From positions 160,001 to 224,000 of the forward strand of contig CAWFAK010000012.1 of the NCBI GenBank assembly GCA_963813715.1: a stretch of DNA of 64,000 bases, given 5' to 3'. Both the position numbers and the translations under genes were made by a program. Under the pieces are notes generated by a model. The model was not told where the DNA came from. It saw only the letters and a program-made list of their open reading frames with translations, and ran no database searches. Numbering within the stretch: the stretch's first letter is position 1; the number at the start of each line of letters is the position of its first letter. This document shows, in pieces, positions 21,216-33,683 of this stretch. The DNA is from an uncultured Planctomycetaceae bacterium (GTDB lineage Bacteria > Planctomycetota > Planctomycetia > Planctomycetales > Planctomycetaceae).

Positions 21216-22735
21216 GCGACGTCAAAGCCCCCAACACGGCCACGAACTATACGACCGTCGTCGGCCTCGAAGTCCACGTGCAGCTGTTGACGCGGACAAA
21301 GCTGTTCTGCGGCTGCGTCAACAAGTTCAACCCCACGCAGCCCAACGTGCAGACCTGCCCGGTCTGCCTCGGCTTGCCCGGCAGCCTGCCGGTGATGAAT
21401 CGCCACGCCTTTGAGCTGGCCCTCAAGACGGGGCTGGCCCTTAACTGCCACATCCCGCCGCTCACGAAGTGGGACCGCAAGCAGTACTACTATCCCGATT
21501 TGCCCAAGGGCTATCAGATCAGCCAGTACGATCTGCCCTTCAGCTCCGAGGGCTGGCTGGAGATTGTCGCCGATCCCAAGGCGCCTGAGACGCGGCGGAT
21601 CGGCATCATCCGCGCGCATCTGGAAGAAGACGCCGGCAAAAACTTTCACGACGAGACGGGCCGCGGCGGCGAGAGCCTGATCGATCTCAACCGCGCCGGG
21701 ACGCCCCTTCTCGAAATCGTCACCAAGCCCGACATTCGCTCCGCGGCCGAGGCGCACGCCTTTCTCGATGAGCTGAAGCTGCTGCTCACGTATTTGGAGG
21801 TCTCCGACTGCAACATGCAGGAGGGGAGCCTCCGATGCGACGCGAACGTAAACCTGCACATCACTTCCGATGGCGGCACGGTCGCCACGCCGATCGTCGA
21901 GATCAAAAACCTCAACAGTTTTCGCGGCGTCGAGCAGGCGATCGACTACGAGGCCCGGCGGCAGTTCGACGTCTGGCAGGAAACGGGCAAAAAGTTCGGC
22001 GAAGTGGCCAAAGAAACTCGCGGCTGGGACGCCGACCGGGGCGTCACCTTCGGCCAGCGAGGCAAGGAGGAGGCCTCGGACTACCGCTACTTCCCCGATC
22101 CCGATCTCGTGCCCGTCACGATCGCGGACAGCTGGCGCGAACAAATTCGCGCAGCCCTGAGCGAATTCCCCGCGGCAAAACGCCACCGCTTCGAGACGGC
22201 GCATCACCTCTCGCATTACGACGCCTCCGTGATCGTCGCCCAGGGTCGCACGTTTGCCGACTACTTCGAACGTGTGCTCGCGGCCTGCGGCGACGCCAAG
22301 CAGGCGGCCAACTGGGTCACACAGGACGTGCTTCGTGAAATGAAGGAGCGGCAACTCGCCATCGAGACATTCCCGCTCTCGGCCGACGTCCTGGGTGCAC
22401 TCTTGCAACGAATCGTCAGCCGCAAAATCACGGTCAACAGCGGCCGCATCGTCTTCGCCGCCCTGCTCGAGCAATCGGCGTCAGTAAAAACGATCGCCGT
22501 TGATGACGTCGACGCGATCATCGCCGAAAAATCACTGGCCATCACATCGGGAGCCGACGAACTCACGCCGATCGTCGACGCGGTGCTGGCGGCCAACGCC
22601 AAGATCGTCGCCGACGTCAAAGGCGGCAAGCAACAGGCAATCGGCGCTCTGATCGGCCAGGTGATGAAGCAGACCAAAGGAGCCGATCCGCAAGTCGTCC
22701 GCGAGCTGCTGCAACAGCGGATCGCGGCGCTCTGA
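21212..22735 (+). CDS. gatB: Asp/Glu-tRNA amidotransferase subunit B
   Basis: [62 protein letters not shown]. Confidence 0.97.
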   Translation: MSDVKAPNTATNYTTVVGLEVHVQLLTRTKLFCGCVNKFNPTQPNVQTCPVCLGLPGSLPVMNRHAFELALKTGLALNCHIPPLTKWDRKQYYYPDLPKGYQISQYDLPFSSEGWLEIVADPKAPETRRIGIIRAHLEEDAGKNFHDETGRGGESLIDLNRAGTPLLEIVTKPDIRSAAEAHAFLDELKLLLTYLEVSDCNMQEGSLRCDANVNLHITSDGGTVATPIVEIKNLNSFRGVEQAIDYEARRQFDVWQETGKKFGEVAKETRGWDADRGVTFGQRGKEEASDYRYFPDPDLVPVTIADSWREQIRAALSEFPAAKRHRFETAHHLSHYDASVIVAQGRTFADYFERVLAACGDAKQAANWVTQDVLREMKERQLAIETFPLSADVLGALLQRIVSRKITVNSGRIVFAALLEQSASVKTIAVDDVDAIIAEKSLAITSGADELTPIVDAVLAANAKIVADVKGGKQQAIGALIGQVMKQTKGADPQVVRELLQQRIAAL

Positions 22736-22758
22736 GCGTACGAATCCACCGCCGACCC

Positions 22759-22790
22759 GCCCGGCGAGCGTCGGGTGTCAGCCCGACGGT
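22759..22790. repeat. REP-like palindrome (GCCCGGCGAGCGTCGGGYGTCAGCCCGAYGGT), copy 1
   Basis: 30/32 identical to 23666-23697; internal TCGGG/CCCGA hairpin. Confidence 0.75.
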
Positions 22791-22819
22791 TCCTCAATTT
22801 CGGCAGAGCGAGAGCGTCG

Positions 22820-23742
22820 ATGACGGATGCTGTTCTCGAAATTCAGCGAACCGAGTATGCCACACAGGTTCGCACCGACGGTTTTGCCGTCTTTCCGCAG
22901 TTGCTTTCTGGCGCCGAAGTCGAGCCCTAAGGCGGGCGATCGAAGCCATTCCCGATTGCGATGCCGTTCGGCGAAAACGCAACATGTACGGCGTTCGCAA
23001 TCTGCTGGATCTTTCTCCCGACGTCCGCCGATTGGCCGCGCTGCCCGAAGTCCGCCAGCTCGTGACGCCGATCATCGGCGGAGGGGCTTTCGCGGCGCGG
23101 GCGATTTTTTTCGACAAAGTGCCGGGAGCCAATTGGGCGCTCGGCTGGCATCAGGACAGCGTGATCGCCGTCGCCGAGCAGCAGGATGTTCCCGGCTTTT
23201 TGGCCTGGGGCCAGAAGGCGGGCGTCTGGCAGGTGCAGCCGCCTCCCGAAATCCTCGCCGCGATGGTGGCCGTCCGCATTCATTTGGACGATTGCGGGCC
23301 CGACAACGGGCCGTTGCGAGTGATCCCCGGCTCCCATCGCCACGGTTGGTTGGATAACGAGATCAGCCGCTGGAAAGAAACGGTCGGGCCGGTGACGTGC
23401 CTCGCGCGGGCCGGCGGCGCGGTCGTGATGTGCCCACTCATCCTCCACGCCTCCTCGAAAGCAGTCTCGCCCAACCATCGCCGCGTGATTCATATCGAGT
23501 ACGCGAGTGAAGAGTTGCCAGGCGGACTCGAGTGGCACCGGCGCATCAGTTGCGAACCGGTGAGCGCGGCTCGGCGCCTCCACTCCAAGAAGAGAAGCAC
23601 CCGCCAGCTCACGCAGGCGGCTCGCCGGTGTCACACTCGAACTGGCCGCATCCACCGCGAAAACAGCCCGGCGAGCGTCGGGCGTCAGCCCGATGGTGCT
23701 TTGTTCTGTCGTTCTACGCGCATTCGTGCGCGAGCCCGTTAA
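22820..23742 (+). CDS. Phytanoyl-CoA dioxygenase (PhyH) family 2OG-Fe(II) oxygenase, frameshift at ~22925; true 3' end uncertain
   Basis: DGFAVFPQLL N-terminus; FFDK, WHQD, RIHLDDC, NGPLRVIPGSH, LHASSK, RRVIHIEY. Confidence 0.85.
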
Positions 23743-23781
23743 AGAAAATCAGAACCGGCCGGCTTACACCGGCCGCTCGCC
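23598..23781. repeat. Cluster of three REP-like copies (reverse, forward, reverse)
   Basis: CCGCCAGCTCACGCAGGCGGCTCGCC, GGCGAGCGTCGGGCGTCAGCCCGATGGT, ACCGGCCGGCTTACACCGGCCGCTCGCC. Confidence 0.7.
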
Positions 23782-25992
23782 TTGGACGCGGCGCGTTGTC
23801 AGGAGGATAAGCGCGGCACCGACCGCCGTGCCGATGGTCGCGGTGACGAGCCAGCTGGTCGGTAGGCCGGCCGACTGGATGTCGGTGGTTTCGTTGAGGC
23901 CCCAGCCCCAGTCGATCAGCTGCTTTTGAAAGTGGGCCGCGACGAGCAAGAGCGAATTGTGGATCGCGTGCAGCAGCATGCCGGGCAGAGCGCTGCCGCA
24001 GCGGACGCAGAGCCAGCCGAGTACCAGACCCAGCGCCGTACTCGGGACCAGCCGCTCGAAGTGCAAACGATCGGTCGCCACGAGGTGGAACAGGCCGAAC
24101 AGAATGCTCGACAACAGCACGGCCCGCGTCGCCGACATCGAGTTACGTAAGGCCGATAACAGGTAGCCGCGGAAGAAAAACTCCTCGCAGACCGCGGGCA
24201 CGACACCCAGCGTCACGACGAGCAGCGCGGGCGAAACGTGTTGAATCTGGCCCAGCAGCTCTTTGGCGGCCGCCATCGTCCGCGGGTCGAATTCGATCAC
24301 TTCATACTGGCTCAGCCACACCAGGATTTCATGGGCGAACGGCCAGAGCGAAACACCCAGCACGATGGCGCCGACGAACGCCCCGACCGGCGCGGGCCCC
24401 AAGCGAAAGCCGCTCGTCAGGTCGACGCGGTTGAGCACGGCCAGCGCCAGCGGAATCTGCAGGAAGACGAGAATCGTCACGAGCGCGGCCAAGAGCAGCC
24501 GCCCGTCGAGCCCAACCAGCGTCGAGCGGCTCAGCAGGTTCGAAGCGAGAAAGAACGTCGGAAAGATGATCGCCAGGCACAAGAGACCGCTCGTCGGCGT
24601 CGGCGCGGCCGACACCCGTCGTGGTCGGCGGAACAGATCCGACCAGGTGCCGTGGCTGCCGTACAAAATGGCGTCCGTCCCAAAGATTTTCGCGGCAACG
24701 CCGATCGCCGCCAGCGCGAACAGCCCCGTGGACGTCACCACCCACAGCGCGGTGGCCGGCTCGGCCGTGTGCTGCAACAGGTCGCGGGCCAACAGCACGA
24801 TGTTGACGAGCGGCGTCACGGCCAGCGGTCCCTGCAGCTTGAGCCCCGGAATCATCGACAGCATGCCGGGCGCGATCGACGCCAGCATCAGCGGAATCAG
24901 GTACGCCTGGGCCTCCTTAAAGCTGCGGGCAAAGCTCGTCACCGCCAGGAGCACGGCCGAGAAAAACGCCGCGAAGAGCACGAGCAGCGCCATGATCTCC
25001 AGCAGCTCTTCGAGCGAGATGCCCTTGCGGCCGAAGAGCAGCGGCGTGAGGCCGATGCTGGCAATCGTGACCATCATCGCCGCCAGGTTGATGATGGCCG
25101 TCAGCAGGGCGACGATCACCACCGTCAGGTATTTGCCCAACAGGAGCTGCATTCGCGGCACCGGCGCGGCCACCAACATCTCGAGCGTGCCCCGCTCCCG
25201 CTCGCCGGCCGTGAGGTCGATAGCCGGATAAACGGCCCCGGTGATCGTCATCAAAATCAGAATCAGCGGGACGAGCGCAGAGAGGGAGTGCGAGGCCGAG
25301 GCGCTGGCCGACTCGCCCCCCGATTCGATCGGCACTGCCAGCACCTGCACGGGACTCAGCCGATTCGTGGCGCCGCTCTCCCGCAATCGCCGCTCGACGC
25401 TGTGCAGGTTCACCGCGGCCAGGCAGCGATCGGCCCAGTGGTAGGCGTCGCGGCTGGCCGACGACTGCGGATCGTAGATCAGCTCATAGTCAATGGCCCG
25501 CTCCCCCTGCTTGTTCTTGCGATCGGCTGAGGGGACCGGCGACAGCTTGTGGACCCGCACGCCGACGTCGACGCGGCCGTCCAGTACCGACTGCCGCACA
25601 TCGTTGACCACCTCGTAATTGAGCGGTATGGCTGGCTGCTTGGAATTGGGCTGTAAGGCGGTGCGGTCCTGCGGCCGCGGGCCCAGGATCGCGCTGCCCC
25701 GCAACAGGTATTGGCCGAACTCCTGCGCCTCCGCATCGCTGACAAAGCCGAGCACCGGATCGCTGTGGCCTGAAACCGTCTTCATGCTCGACATCAAGAA
25801 TCGCTCGAAGGCGACGCTCAATAGCGGATAGACGAGCAGCGGCATCAGGATCAGCGTGGCAATCGTCCGGCGATCGCGGAGCGTCTCCCGCAGCTCTTTG
25901 AGCATCAACCGCAAAAAGAGCGGCGACTGCCGCCGCGGCGGGCGCGGAGCATTCGCTGTTGCTGAGTTTCCCGTGGCATCGGGACCGCTCAT
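23764..25992 (-). CDS. NatB-type ABC-2 permease fused to a CPBP/Abi (CAAX) intramembrane protease
   Basis: [38 protein letters not shown]-terminal EEFFFRG, FGLFH, HAIHN. Confidence 0.9.
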   Translation of the reverse strand: MSGPDATGNSATANAPRPPRRQSPLFLRLMLKELRETLRDRRTIATLILMPLLVYPLLSVAFERFLMSSMKTVSGHSDPVLGFVSDAEAQEFGQYLLRGSAILGPRPQDRTALQPNSKQPAIPLNYEVVNDVRQSVLDGRVDVGVRVHKLSPVPSADRKNKQGERAIDYELIYDPQSSASRDAYHWADRCLAAVNLHSVERRLRESGATNRLSPVQVLAVPIESGGESASASASHSLSALVPLILILMTITGAVYPAIDLTAGERERGTLEMLVAAPVPRMQLLLGKYLTVVIVALLTAIINLAAMMVTIASIGLTPLLFGRKGISLEELLEIMALLVLFAAFFSAVLLAVTSFARSFKEAQAYLIPLMLASIAPGMLSMIPGLKLQGPLAVTPLVNIVLLARDLLQHTAEPATALWVVTSTGLFALAAIGVAAKIFGTDAILYGSHGTWSDLFRRPRRVSAAPTPTSGLLCLAIIFPTFFLASNLLSRSTLVGLDGRLLLAALVTILVFLQIPLALAVLNRVDLTSGFRLGPAPVGAFVGAIVLGVSLWPFAHEILVWLSQYEVIEFDPRTMAAAKELLGQIQHVSPALLVVTLGVVPAVCEEFFFRGYLLSALRNSMSATRAVLLSSILFGLFHLVATDRLHFERLVPSTALGLVLGWLCVRCGSALPGMLLHAIHNSLLLVAAHFQKQLIDWGWGLNETTDIQSAGLPTSWLVTATIGTAVGAALILLTTRRVQGERPV

Positions 25993-26827
25993 GAGGACGA
26001 ACCTTCCGCGGTCCGGGTGTCGGCGCTCGGATTTGTTCCCGCCGTGGCGCCCCCGGTCGAAGAGCCCGTCAAGTTCGGCGACAGGCCGGCCCCCTGCCGA
26101 TGGCCCGTCATCTCCATAAACATTTCGACGATCGTGTCGCGGCCGCTCTTTTGCCGCAATTCTTCGAGGGTCCCTTCGAGCACGAAGCGGCCCCGATGCA
26201 TCAGGCCGAAGCGATCGCACAGGCGTTGGGCTTCGTCGAGCCGGTGCGTGGTCACAATCACCGCACGGCCCTCCCGCCGCAGCTGCGAAATGTAGTCGAA
26301 GATGGCCTGGCTGCCGAAAACGTCCAGTCCGCGCGTCGGCTCGTCCAACAGCATGATGGGCGGATCGTGAATCAGCGCCCGCGCAGGTGCACGCGCTGGC
26401 GCTGCCCGGTGCTCAACGTCGCGCAGCGCTGATCGAGGAACGGCCCCAGATCCATCAAGGGCGTTAACTCGGCCAAGCGCGTCTCGGCCCGCTCGCGCGA
26501 CATTCCGTACAAGTCCGCGAAGAACAAAAGCAACTCGCGGGCCGACAGCCACTGATAGAGCCCCGCGCTCGTGGAGACGAGGCCGACGCGGCGCTTCACT
26601 TCTTCCGGCGCCTCCGACGATCGCAGCCCTTCGACTTCGGCATAGCCGCTCGTCGGATTGAGCAGCCCCAGGATCATGCGGACGGTGGTGGTCTTGCCCG
26701 CGCCGTTGGGCCCCAACAGTCCATAAACCTCGCCCGCGCGCACGCAAAAGGTCAAATGATCGACGGCAACCAGTTCCTCCTGGTTGTTCGTGACAAAGAC
26801 CTTCGTCAGTTCATGGACCGAGATCAT
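25989..26827 (-). CDS. NatA-type ABC ATP-binding protein, frameshift at ~26385
   Basis: [34 protein letters not shown]. Confidence 0.9.
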
Positions 26828-27082
26828 GGCATCTCAGAAGGGATCGGCCGGCAGGTACAACAAACAACCCACTAAGCCCCCTCGTAAACGGGCTCGCGAC
26901 CACTTCGGAGGGCATTTCGGAGCGATGAACGACTAATACGGCGACCCATTTTCCGTGGCTTGCGCAGGTCTCCGCACGAGTTCACATCCAGTTCACAATT
27001 TCTTGATGCAGTAAGTCCAAAGAGCCACTAGGGATTGGGGTCGCGAGCCGGTTTCCGCGCAAAGTTTTCAGAAATCCGCGGC

Positions 27083-27110
27083 TTGACTTTTGGGCTCGGA
27101 ATTTTATAGT
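27083..27110 (+). promoter_or_regulatory. Putative sigma70 promoter of nrdJ
   Basis: TTGACT-N16-TATAGT in an AT-rich intergenic region. Confidence 0.55.
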
Positions 27111-27125
27111 GGCCTTCCGCTCCAC

Positions 27126-27172
27126 TCACAACATCTTGCGTATAATTGTTTTGATTCCCCAATAAATAGTGG
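27126..27172 (+). promoter_or_regulatory. Tandem NrdR boxes
   Basis: tcaCAACATCTTGcgt (27126) and cccCAATAAATAGtgg (27157) match acaCwAtATaTwGtg, 31 bp apart, upstream of an RNR gene. Confidence 0.8.
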
Positions 27173-27385
27173 TTCCGGGGAGGTGAAAACCACGAAAGAA
27201 TGTTAGTGGACTTTTGTATCCATTCGGCTATTCTGGGACGCATAATGAATTGCCGAGTGGCCAGGCCGTCCGCCTGATCGCGGCCCCATCTCTTCCGTCA
27301 GGCGAACGCCAAATTCGGTTAAGAACGGCCCGGTTAATCAACGGCACCGGGCACTCATCCAGGAAATCCTAGACCAGGAGTGTGC

Positions 27386-30300
27386 ATGATGCACGAAGCA
27401 AAGGGAATTGTGCAGGATCGCCTTTCACGTGGTCACGCCGGCAATAATTCGGGCAACACATCGAACAGCAACAGCTTGAATAGCAACGGTTTGAACAGCA
27501 ACAGTGCGAATCGGCAACGTAATGACGGCAGCACGGCGATGAAAGTGCCTGCTCAATTCTGTCCGGTCGATCAGGATCCCTTCGACACCGTCTCCTGGGA
27601 AAAACGCACCGCCCAGATCAAGGACGAATCGGGCGACGTCCTCTTCGAGCAAACCGACTGCGAAATCCCCGAGTCGTGGAGCGCCCTGGCGACCAACGTC
27701 GTCGTCAGCAAATACTTTTACGGCGAACCCGGCACGGCCGAACGCGAACAGAGCGCTCGCCAGTTGATCCACCGCGTCGCCCGCACGATTGCCGACTGGG
27801 GCACCGGTGACGGCTACTTCGCCACGCGCGAAGACGGCGAGAATTTCTACCGCGACCTCTCCTGGCTCTGCCTCCATCAGTACGGGTCGTTCAACTCGCC
27901 CGTTTGGTTCAACGTCGGCCTGTACCACGAGTACGGCATCAAGGGCTCGCGCGGCAATTATTACTGGGACGTGAAGCAGGGCAAAATCGACCGCCCCGAA
28001 ACGCCCTACGAGTATCCGCAAGCGTCTGCCTGCTTCATCCAGTCGGTCGAAGACAACATGGAAGACATCATGCGTCTCGCCACGAGCGAGGCCATGCTGT
28101 TCAAGTACGGCTCGGGCACCGGCACCGACCTCTCGACCATCCGCAGCGCCCGCGAAAAGCTAAGCGGCGGCGGCATCCCCTCGGGTCCCCTGTCCTTCAT
28201 GCGGGTCTACGATCAGATCGCGGCTGTCGTGAAGTCGGGCGGCAAAACCCGCCGCGCGGCCAAGATGCAGAGCCTGAAGGACTGGCATCCGGACGTCCTC
28301 GAGTTCATCCAGGCCAAGCGTAAAGAGGAGAGAAAGGCCCGCACGCTCATCGAGAGCGGCGAGTACGACTCCAACTTCAACGGCGAGGCCTACAGCTCGA
28401 TCATGTTCCAGAACGCGAACCTCTCCGTTCGCGTCTCCGACGAGTTCATGAACGCCGCGGTCGACGGCAAGAAGTGGAAGACCCACTGGGTCACCGATCC
28501 CAAGCACGCCGGCCCCGAGCACGACGCCAAGTACCTCCTGCGGCAAATCGCCGACGGGACCTGGTACTGCGGCGACCCGGGCGTGCAGTACGAGACGACC
28601 ATCAATCGCTGGCACACGTGCTCGAACACGGGGCCGATCAACGCGTCCAACCCCTGCTCCGAGTACATGTTCCTCGACGACACGGCCTGCAACCTCTCGA
28701 GCCTCAACCTCAAGAAGTTCCAGGAAGCGGACGGCCGCTTGAATGTCGAGCGGTTCCGCGCCGCGGCGGCCATCTTCATCACCGCCCAGGAGATTCTCGT
28801 CGATCACGCCAGCTATCCGACGCCGGCCATCGCCGAGAACAGCCATCGCTTCCGTCCGCTCGGACTGGGTTATGCCAACTTGGGCAGCTTGCTGATGTCG
28901 ATGGGCATTCCCTACGACAGCGACGAAGGTCGCGGCATCGCCGGGTCGCTCACCGCCCTCTTGAACGGCCAGGGCTTCCTCACTTCGAGCCGCATCTCCG
29001 CCCACCTGGGCCCGTTTGCCGGCTACGACGAGAACGAGCGGCCCATGCTCCGCGTGATGCAGATGCATCGCGACGCCGTCGATGAAATCGATCCGTCGTG
29101 TCCGGAGTACCTGTCGGAAGCGGCTCGCGAAGTCTGGGACGAGTGCCTGGCCAGCGGTCGTCGCCACGGCTATCGCAACGCCCAGGCCACGGTGCTGGCT
29201 CCCACCGGCACGATCGCCTTCATGATGGATTGCGACACGACGGGCATCGAGCCCGACATCGCCCTCGTGAAGTACAAGCAGCTTGCCGGCGGCGGCATGA
29301 TGAAGATCATCAACCGCACCGTGCCCAAGTCGCTGGCGACGCTGGGTTACGAGCCGGCCGAGATCGAGGCCATCGTCAAGTACATCGACGAGCACGACAC
29401 GATCGAAGGCGCCCCCGAGCTCCGCGACGAGCACCTGGCCGTCTTCGACTGTGCGTTCAAGCCCAAGAACGGCAAGCGGTCGATCGCCTGGCAGGCGCCA
29501 CGTCAAGATGATGGCGGCCGCCCAGCCGTTCCTCTCCGGTGCGATTTCCAAAACGGTCAACATGCCCGAGGAGTCGACCGTCGAGGACATCGAGAACGCC
29601 TACCTCGAAGGTTGGCGGCTCGGCCTCAAGGCGCTGGCCATCTATCGCGACGGCTCGAAGAAGAGCCAGCCGCTCAACACCAGCAAGGGAGCCGACAGCA
29701 AGAAAGGCGGGGCATTCCAGCCGACGCGCCGCCGTCTGCCGGCCACCCGCCAATCGCTGACGCACAAGTTCTCCGTCGGCGGACACGAGGGCTACATCAC
29801 CGTCGGCCTGTTCGAGGACGGTCAGCCCGGCGAGCTGTTCATCACCATGGCCAAGGAAGGCAGCACCATCGGCGGCCTGATGGACACCATCGGCACCGAA
29901 ACCTCGCTCGGCCTGCAGTACGGCGTGCCTCTGCGGGTGTTTGTCGACAAGTTCTCCCACACGCGGTTCGAGCCGTCCGGCTGGACCACCAACCAGGAGA
30001 TTCCGCACGCCAAGAGCGTGGTCGACTACATCTTCCGCTGGCTCGGCATCCAATTCATCCCCGGCTACCGCGAAGCCAACACGCCCAAACGCGAACCGGA
30101 GGCCGGAGCGGAATCCAAGTCGGACCCTAAGAACGGCCCGGTGGCAGGAGCCGCCGGTGCCGCAACCAAGAACGGGACCCACAAAGCCGAAACCACGCCG
30201 GCCGCCGTCGCGGGAGCGATCAAATCACTCGTCGCCCCGCACACCAACGGCAACGGCTCAAACGGCCACGCCGCGAACGGTAATGGGAGTGGAAACGGCA

Positions 30301-30490
30301 ACGGCAAACATCACCAGCTCGTCCTCCGAGTCTAGATGAGCCGGTGCTTGACGGCCCACCGATCCGCAGCCAGCAGTTCGCGACGTTCCAAGACGACGCC
30401 CCGGCCTGCGACAACTGCGGCGCCATCACCGTCCGCAACGGCAATTGCTATCTCTGCCACAACTGTGGAAACAGCATGGGATGTAGCTGA
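27386..30490 (+). CDS. nrdJ: Class II adenosylcobalamin-dependent ribonucleotide reductase with C-terminal TSCPD and Zn-finger; frameshifts at ~29497 and ~30310
   Basis: [78 protein letters not shown]...[11 protein letters not shown]. Confidence 0.95.
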
Positions 30491-30517
30491 CGGATCAGCA
30501 TCATCTCCTGCGGGATG

Positions 30518-30552
30518 GCACCCTGGTCTTCGGAGGGACCAGGGTGCTTTTT
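30518..30552 (+). terminator. Intrinsic terminator of nrdJ
   Basis: GCACCCTGGTC...GACCAGGGTGC-TTTTT. Confidence 0.8.
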
Positions 30553-30650
30553 ATCGCCCGGGCCGGCAGGTGGATCCATTGCCGGCGCCCGCGGGACGCG
30601 TCGATGCGTCGCCATTGCATGCTCAGAACGTGACGCCATATAAGCCTCGA

Positions 30651-31430
30651 TTGTCTCGACCCGTTGGGCCTCCAGAACGACGCAATGCTGGCCCCAAGAT
30701 CCCAGGCCTGCGCTGCGCTCCGACCTGGGCTATAGAATCTCGCCCCGTTGGGGCTGAAGATGTGATGATCCAGGCAATCTGCCGGCTCCTCGTTTAGCCG
30801 CCATCATGGGGACAATAGCGTGCCGCAATCGTTGTCGAACGTCTTGGTGCACGTGATCTACAGCACCAAAAATCGCGAGCCCTTTCTGCGAAACGTCGCG
30901 TTGCGGCGTGAGCTTGAGGCGTATCTGGTTGGGACACTTCAACCATCGAATGCCCATCGCTGGGCCTGCGTGTCGTCGCGGACCATTTGCACGTTCTTTG
31001 CCGACTGTCGCGGACAGTGACAATCGCCAAGCTCGTCGAGCAGATGAAGATCGAATCGTCGAAGTGGATCAAGCGGCACAGCCGAGGAACGCCGGGCTTT
31101 CAATGGCAGCAAGGCTATGCCGCCTTCTCGGTAAGCGCGTCGAATTCCGGACGCGTAAAGCGGTACATCGAAAACCAAGACGCGCATCACCGCGTGAGGA
31201 CGTTCCAAGACGAATTGCGCGCTTTCCTGCGTCGTCACCAACTCGCGTTCGACGAGCGCTACGTGTGGGACTAATCGTGGTATGGTGTGCGAGCGGCGGG
31301 AACGGGATGTCTTCAGCCCCAACGGGGCGAGATTCTATAGCCCAGGTCGGAGCGCAGCGCAGGCCTGGGATCTAAACGACGCCCCATTCCGTTGCCTCCG
31401 AAGCCCCAACGGGGCGAGACAACGATAGCC
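30651..31430. mobile_element. REP-flanked HUH/Y1 transposase locus (RAYT / IS200-like)
   Basis: Perfect 63-bp inverted repeats at 30698-30760 and 31310-31372, plus outer partial copies at 30651-30670 and 31402-31430, around the transposase. Confidence 0.8.
30820..31274 (+). CDS. IS200/IS605-family (Y1) transposase, RAYT-like, frameshifted at ~30945-30985
   Basis: MPQSLSNVLVHVIYSTKNR, DHLHVL (HUH), KIESSKW, FQWQQGYAAFSVS, RYIENQDAHH, FDERYVWD. Confidence 0.9.
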
Positions 31431-31588
31431 AACTCGCGTGTTGACCTCGTCCGGGGGCCGCGATTGGCGTTCACAGGCACCCCACAAAAACCAATCGTCT
31501 TCGTGGTGGCTTTCATCGCTTACGCACAGTAGGCTCGCTCCCGAGTGCCCCCGCGTTTGCGACCGGGATTCTGAGATCAGGAACTGTC

Positions 31589-32697
31589 ATGTCGCCTCCT
31601 CTCCTGCAGCGGTTGGTCCTCGTCACGACGGCGGTTCTCTGCTTTGCCTCGGCGTCGCTCTTCAATTCGCCGGCGCGGGGGGATGACGGGGCGAAATCGG
31701 CGCACGAAGCCGCCGTGCTCGATCGCATCTTTGCCAACTGGCAAGCGCGGCGCGATCGGGTGCGTTCGTTTCACTTCACCTATGACTGCCGAACCACCTA
31801 CCGCAAGGGAAAGTTGGACCTCTCCAGCGAGCCTCGCACGAAGCTCGATCATGATCAGTCGTTCGACCAATTCGGCATCCAGCTTTGGGTGGACGAAGAT
31901 CGCGTCTGTTTGCTCATGACGCCGAGCTTCAAGGTGCCGATCGCAAAGCCCACGGACACAAGTCGCGTCGTCGCCCGTTCCGTCACGGCTGGCGACACGT
32001 CTTACATGTACTATTCCGCCCGCTGGTGGGAGACCGGCCAACCGCAGCACCCTCCCTTCGCCCCTTATGGACTCCTTTACCCGAGGACTGATGTCGAATG
32101 CGGAAACGCCGAATTTCGCCTTCCAGGCGCTCGGCCTTGACGTTTCGAACGGGGCACCCCTGGCCGTTCTTGAAACGGGAGCAATGCCGACTCGTCGATG
32201 AGAATGCCGTGATCGACAACGGCCGCTGCACCAAGTTTCACCGAGTGCTCAAGGGCGAGAACCCCGGCGAGGAGACTCTTTGGGTCAGTCCGGTGCGGGG
32301 CGACGTAGTCGTCCATTGGACCATTTTCGCGCCTGGCAGCAAGGCCGAGGGCTCGATCAAGTACAAGAAAGATGAACGCTACGGTTGGATTCCCTCGGAA
32401 TGGACCTGCGACTACCCGGGACACATGCTCGAAGAGTGCAAGGTCACCGCCTATGGGATCAACGAGAAGATCGACCCCGCCATCTTCTCGCTCGATTTTC
32501 CGCCGGGCACGCCTGTCGTAGATTCTCTGGCGTTGAAAAAGCCCATGCAGAACCCACTCGCCTTTGAGGCCATTCGCTATTACGTCGTCCAGCCGGGCGG
32601 GTCGAAACGGGCGATTTCGCACGACGAATTCAATCGGCTCGCCCACATCGGGAATCCGTTCAAACCGCAACGACCCGCGAAGCCGCAAGCGAAGTGA
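31589..32697 (+). CDS. Hypothetical secreted protein, frameshift at ~32100-32135
   Basis: Signal peptide (ARG|DD); two abutting ORFs with coding-like composition; FSLDFPPGTPVVD near the C-terminus. Confidence 0.65.
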
Positions 32698-32925
32698 CAG
32701 CGCCATCGGGCGGAGACAATGGCCGAACGACTCGTGTCGCGTGACCCGAACCGAGTCGGGCAAATTTCCCGAGTTGTTTACACGCGCATAGAAACGCGGG
32801 GTTCGCGAGCCGCGGCTGGCGTGTTAGCTTGGCGGATGCTCTTCCAGAGGCGATCGCTCGGGATCCGTCTGGATCCAGGCCCAGGTCCCCAGGGTGACAC
32901 GGACGGCCGTCGCTGCTGGGGAGAG

Positions 32926-33677
32926 GGATCCCCGGCGGGGATCCTTTTTCGTACCCGGCGGGGTGGGGATCCTTTTTTCACACAGGGCGAGAAACAGATC
33001 CCCCGGCGGCGCGGCGATCCGAGGGACCGTCGAAGTCCGGTCCGTACACTTTGGCGAACAGGGGTCCGGGTCCAGAGTGCTCTGCCAAACGCGACGGGAC
33101 TCGATCGGCCGAGGGACCTTCGCCCGTTACGTGCTCTTGGGGCTAGGTATTTTCACGGGGGGTTGGGTCACAATTTTTTACTCTATAGGCGACCCACGAA
33201 TTTGGTGACCCACCGCCGATCGGGGGCGGGACGGGACACGTTCGATCGAGTCCAATGTCGAAGATCAGATGCTCGCAATCCTGACTTTGGACCTTTGACC
33301 ACGGGACTTTGGACCGACCACGGGACGGGACACGTTGTTTCACCGAGAAATCCCGGGAGATTTTGGCCCCTCGCTCCGGCTCGAGAGGCGGCGAGCGTGG
33401 GGGGAAGATTGGGGCGTCGGGTGGAAAGAGGTTGGCCGGTGGATCGGTGGGTCGGGACACTTTGTTTCACTAGGTAGTTGACCCAGCGAAGTAGCTGACC
33501 TCCCGTCGCCGGTTTGCGAGGCGGACATTGGGACGGGATCGGGACGGGACACGTTGTTCTATCGAGAAAAGTTCGAAGAATGCGGCCGGCGGAAAGAGAT
33601 TGGCCGGTGGGTCGGGACACCGTTTTCAATTAGGAAGTGACTCGCAGAATGGGTGGACCCGGTCTGGGACGGGACCG
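32926..33677. repeat. Non-coding mosaic repeat region A (GGGACGGGACACGTTGTTTCAC motif, about 6 copies)
   Basis: Motif at ~33228, 33322, 33449, 33541, 33609 and 33666; long blocks are reverse-complement homologues of 49450-50815. Confidence 0.85.
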
Positions 33678-33683
33678 GGCGGC

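Noticed and set aside
29480..29520. Naturally split nrdJa/nrdJb or programmed frameshift
   Set aside because: The break falls inside a conserved segment ([12 protein letters not shown]) with no slippery site, and matches the window-wide indel pattern.
33322..33475. TGTTTCAC as parS sites next to smc
   Set aside because: Only half of the TGTTTCACGTGAAACA palindrome is present in any copy.
33183..33629. ORFs with recurring TTCPVP peptides (also 49236..49712, 49719..50012, 50115..50342)
   Set aside because: They are translations of the DNA motif; frames, starts and lengths are not conserved between copies.
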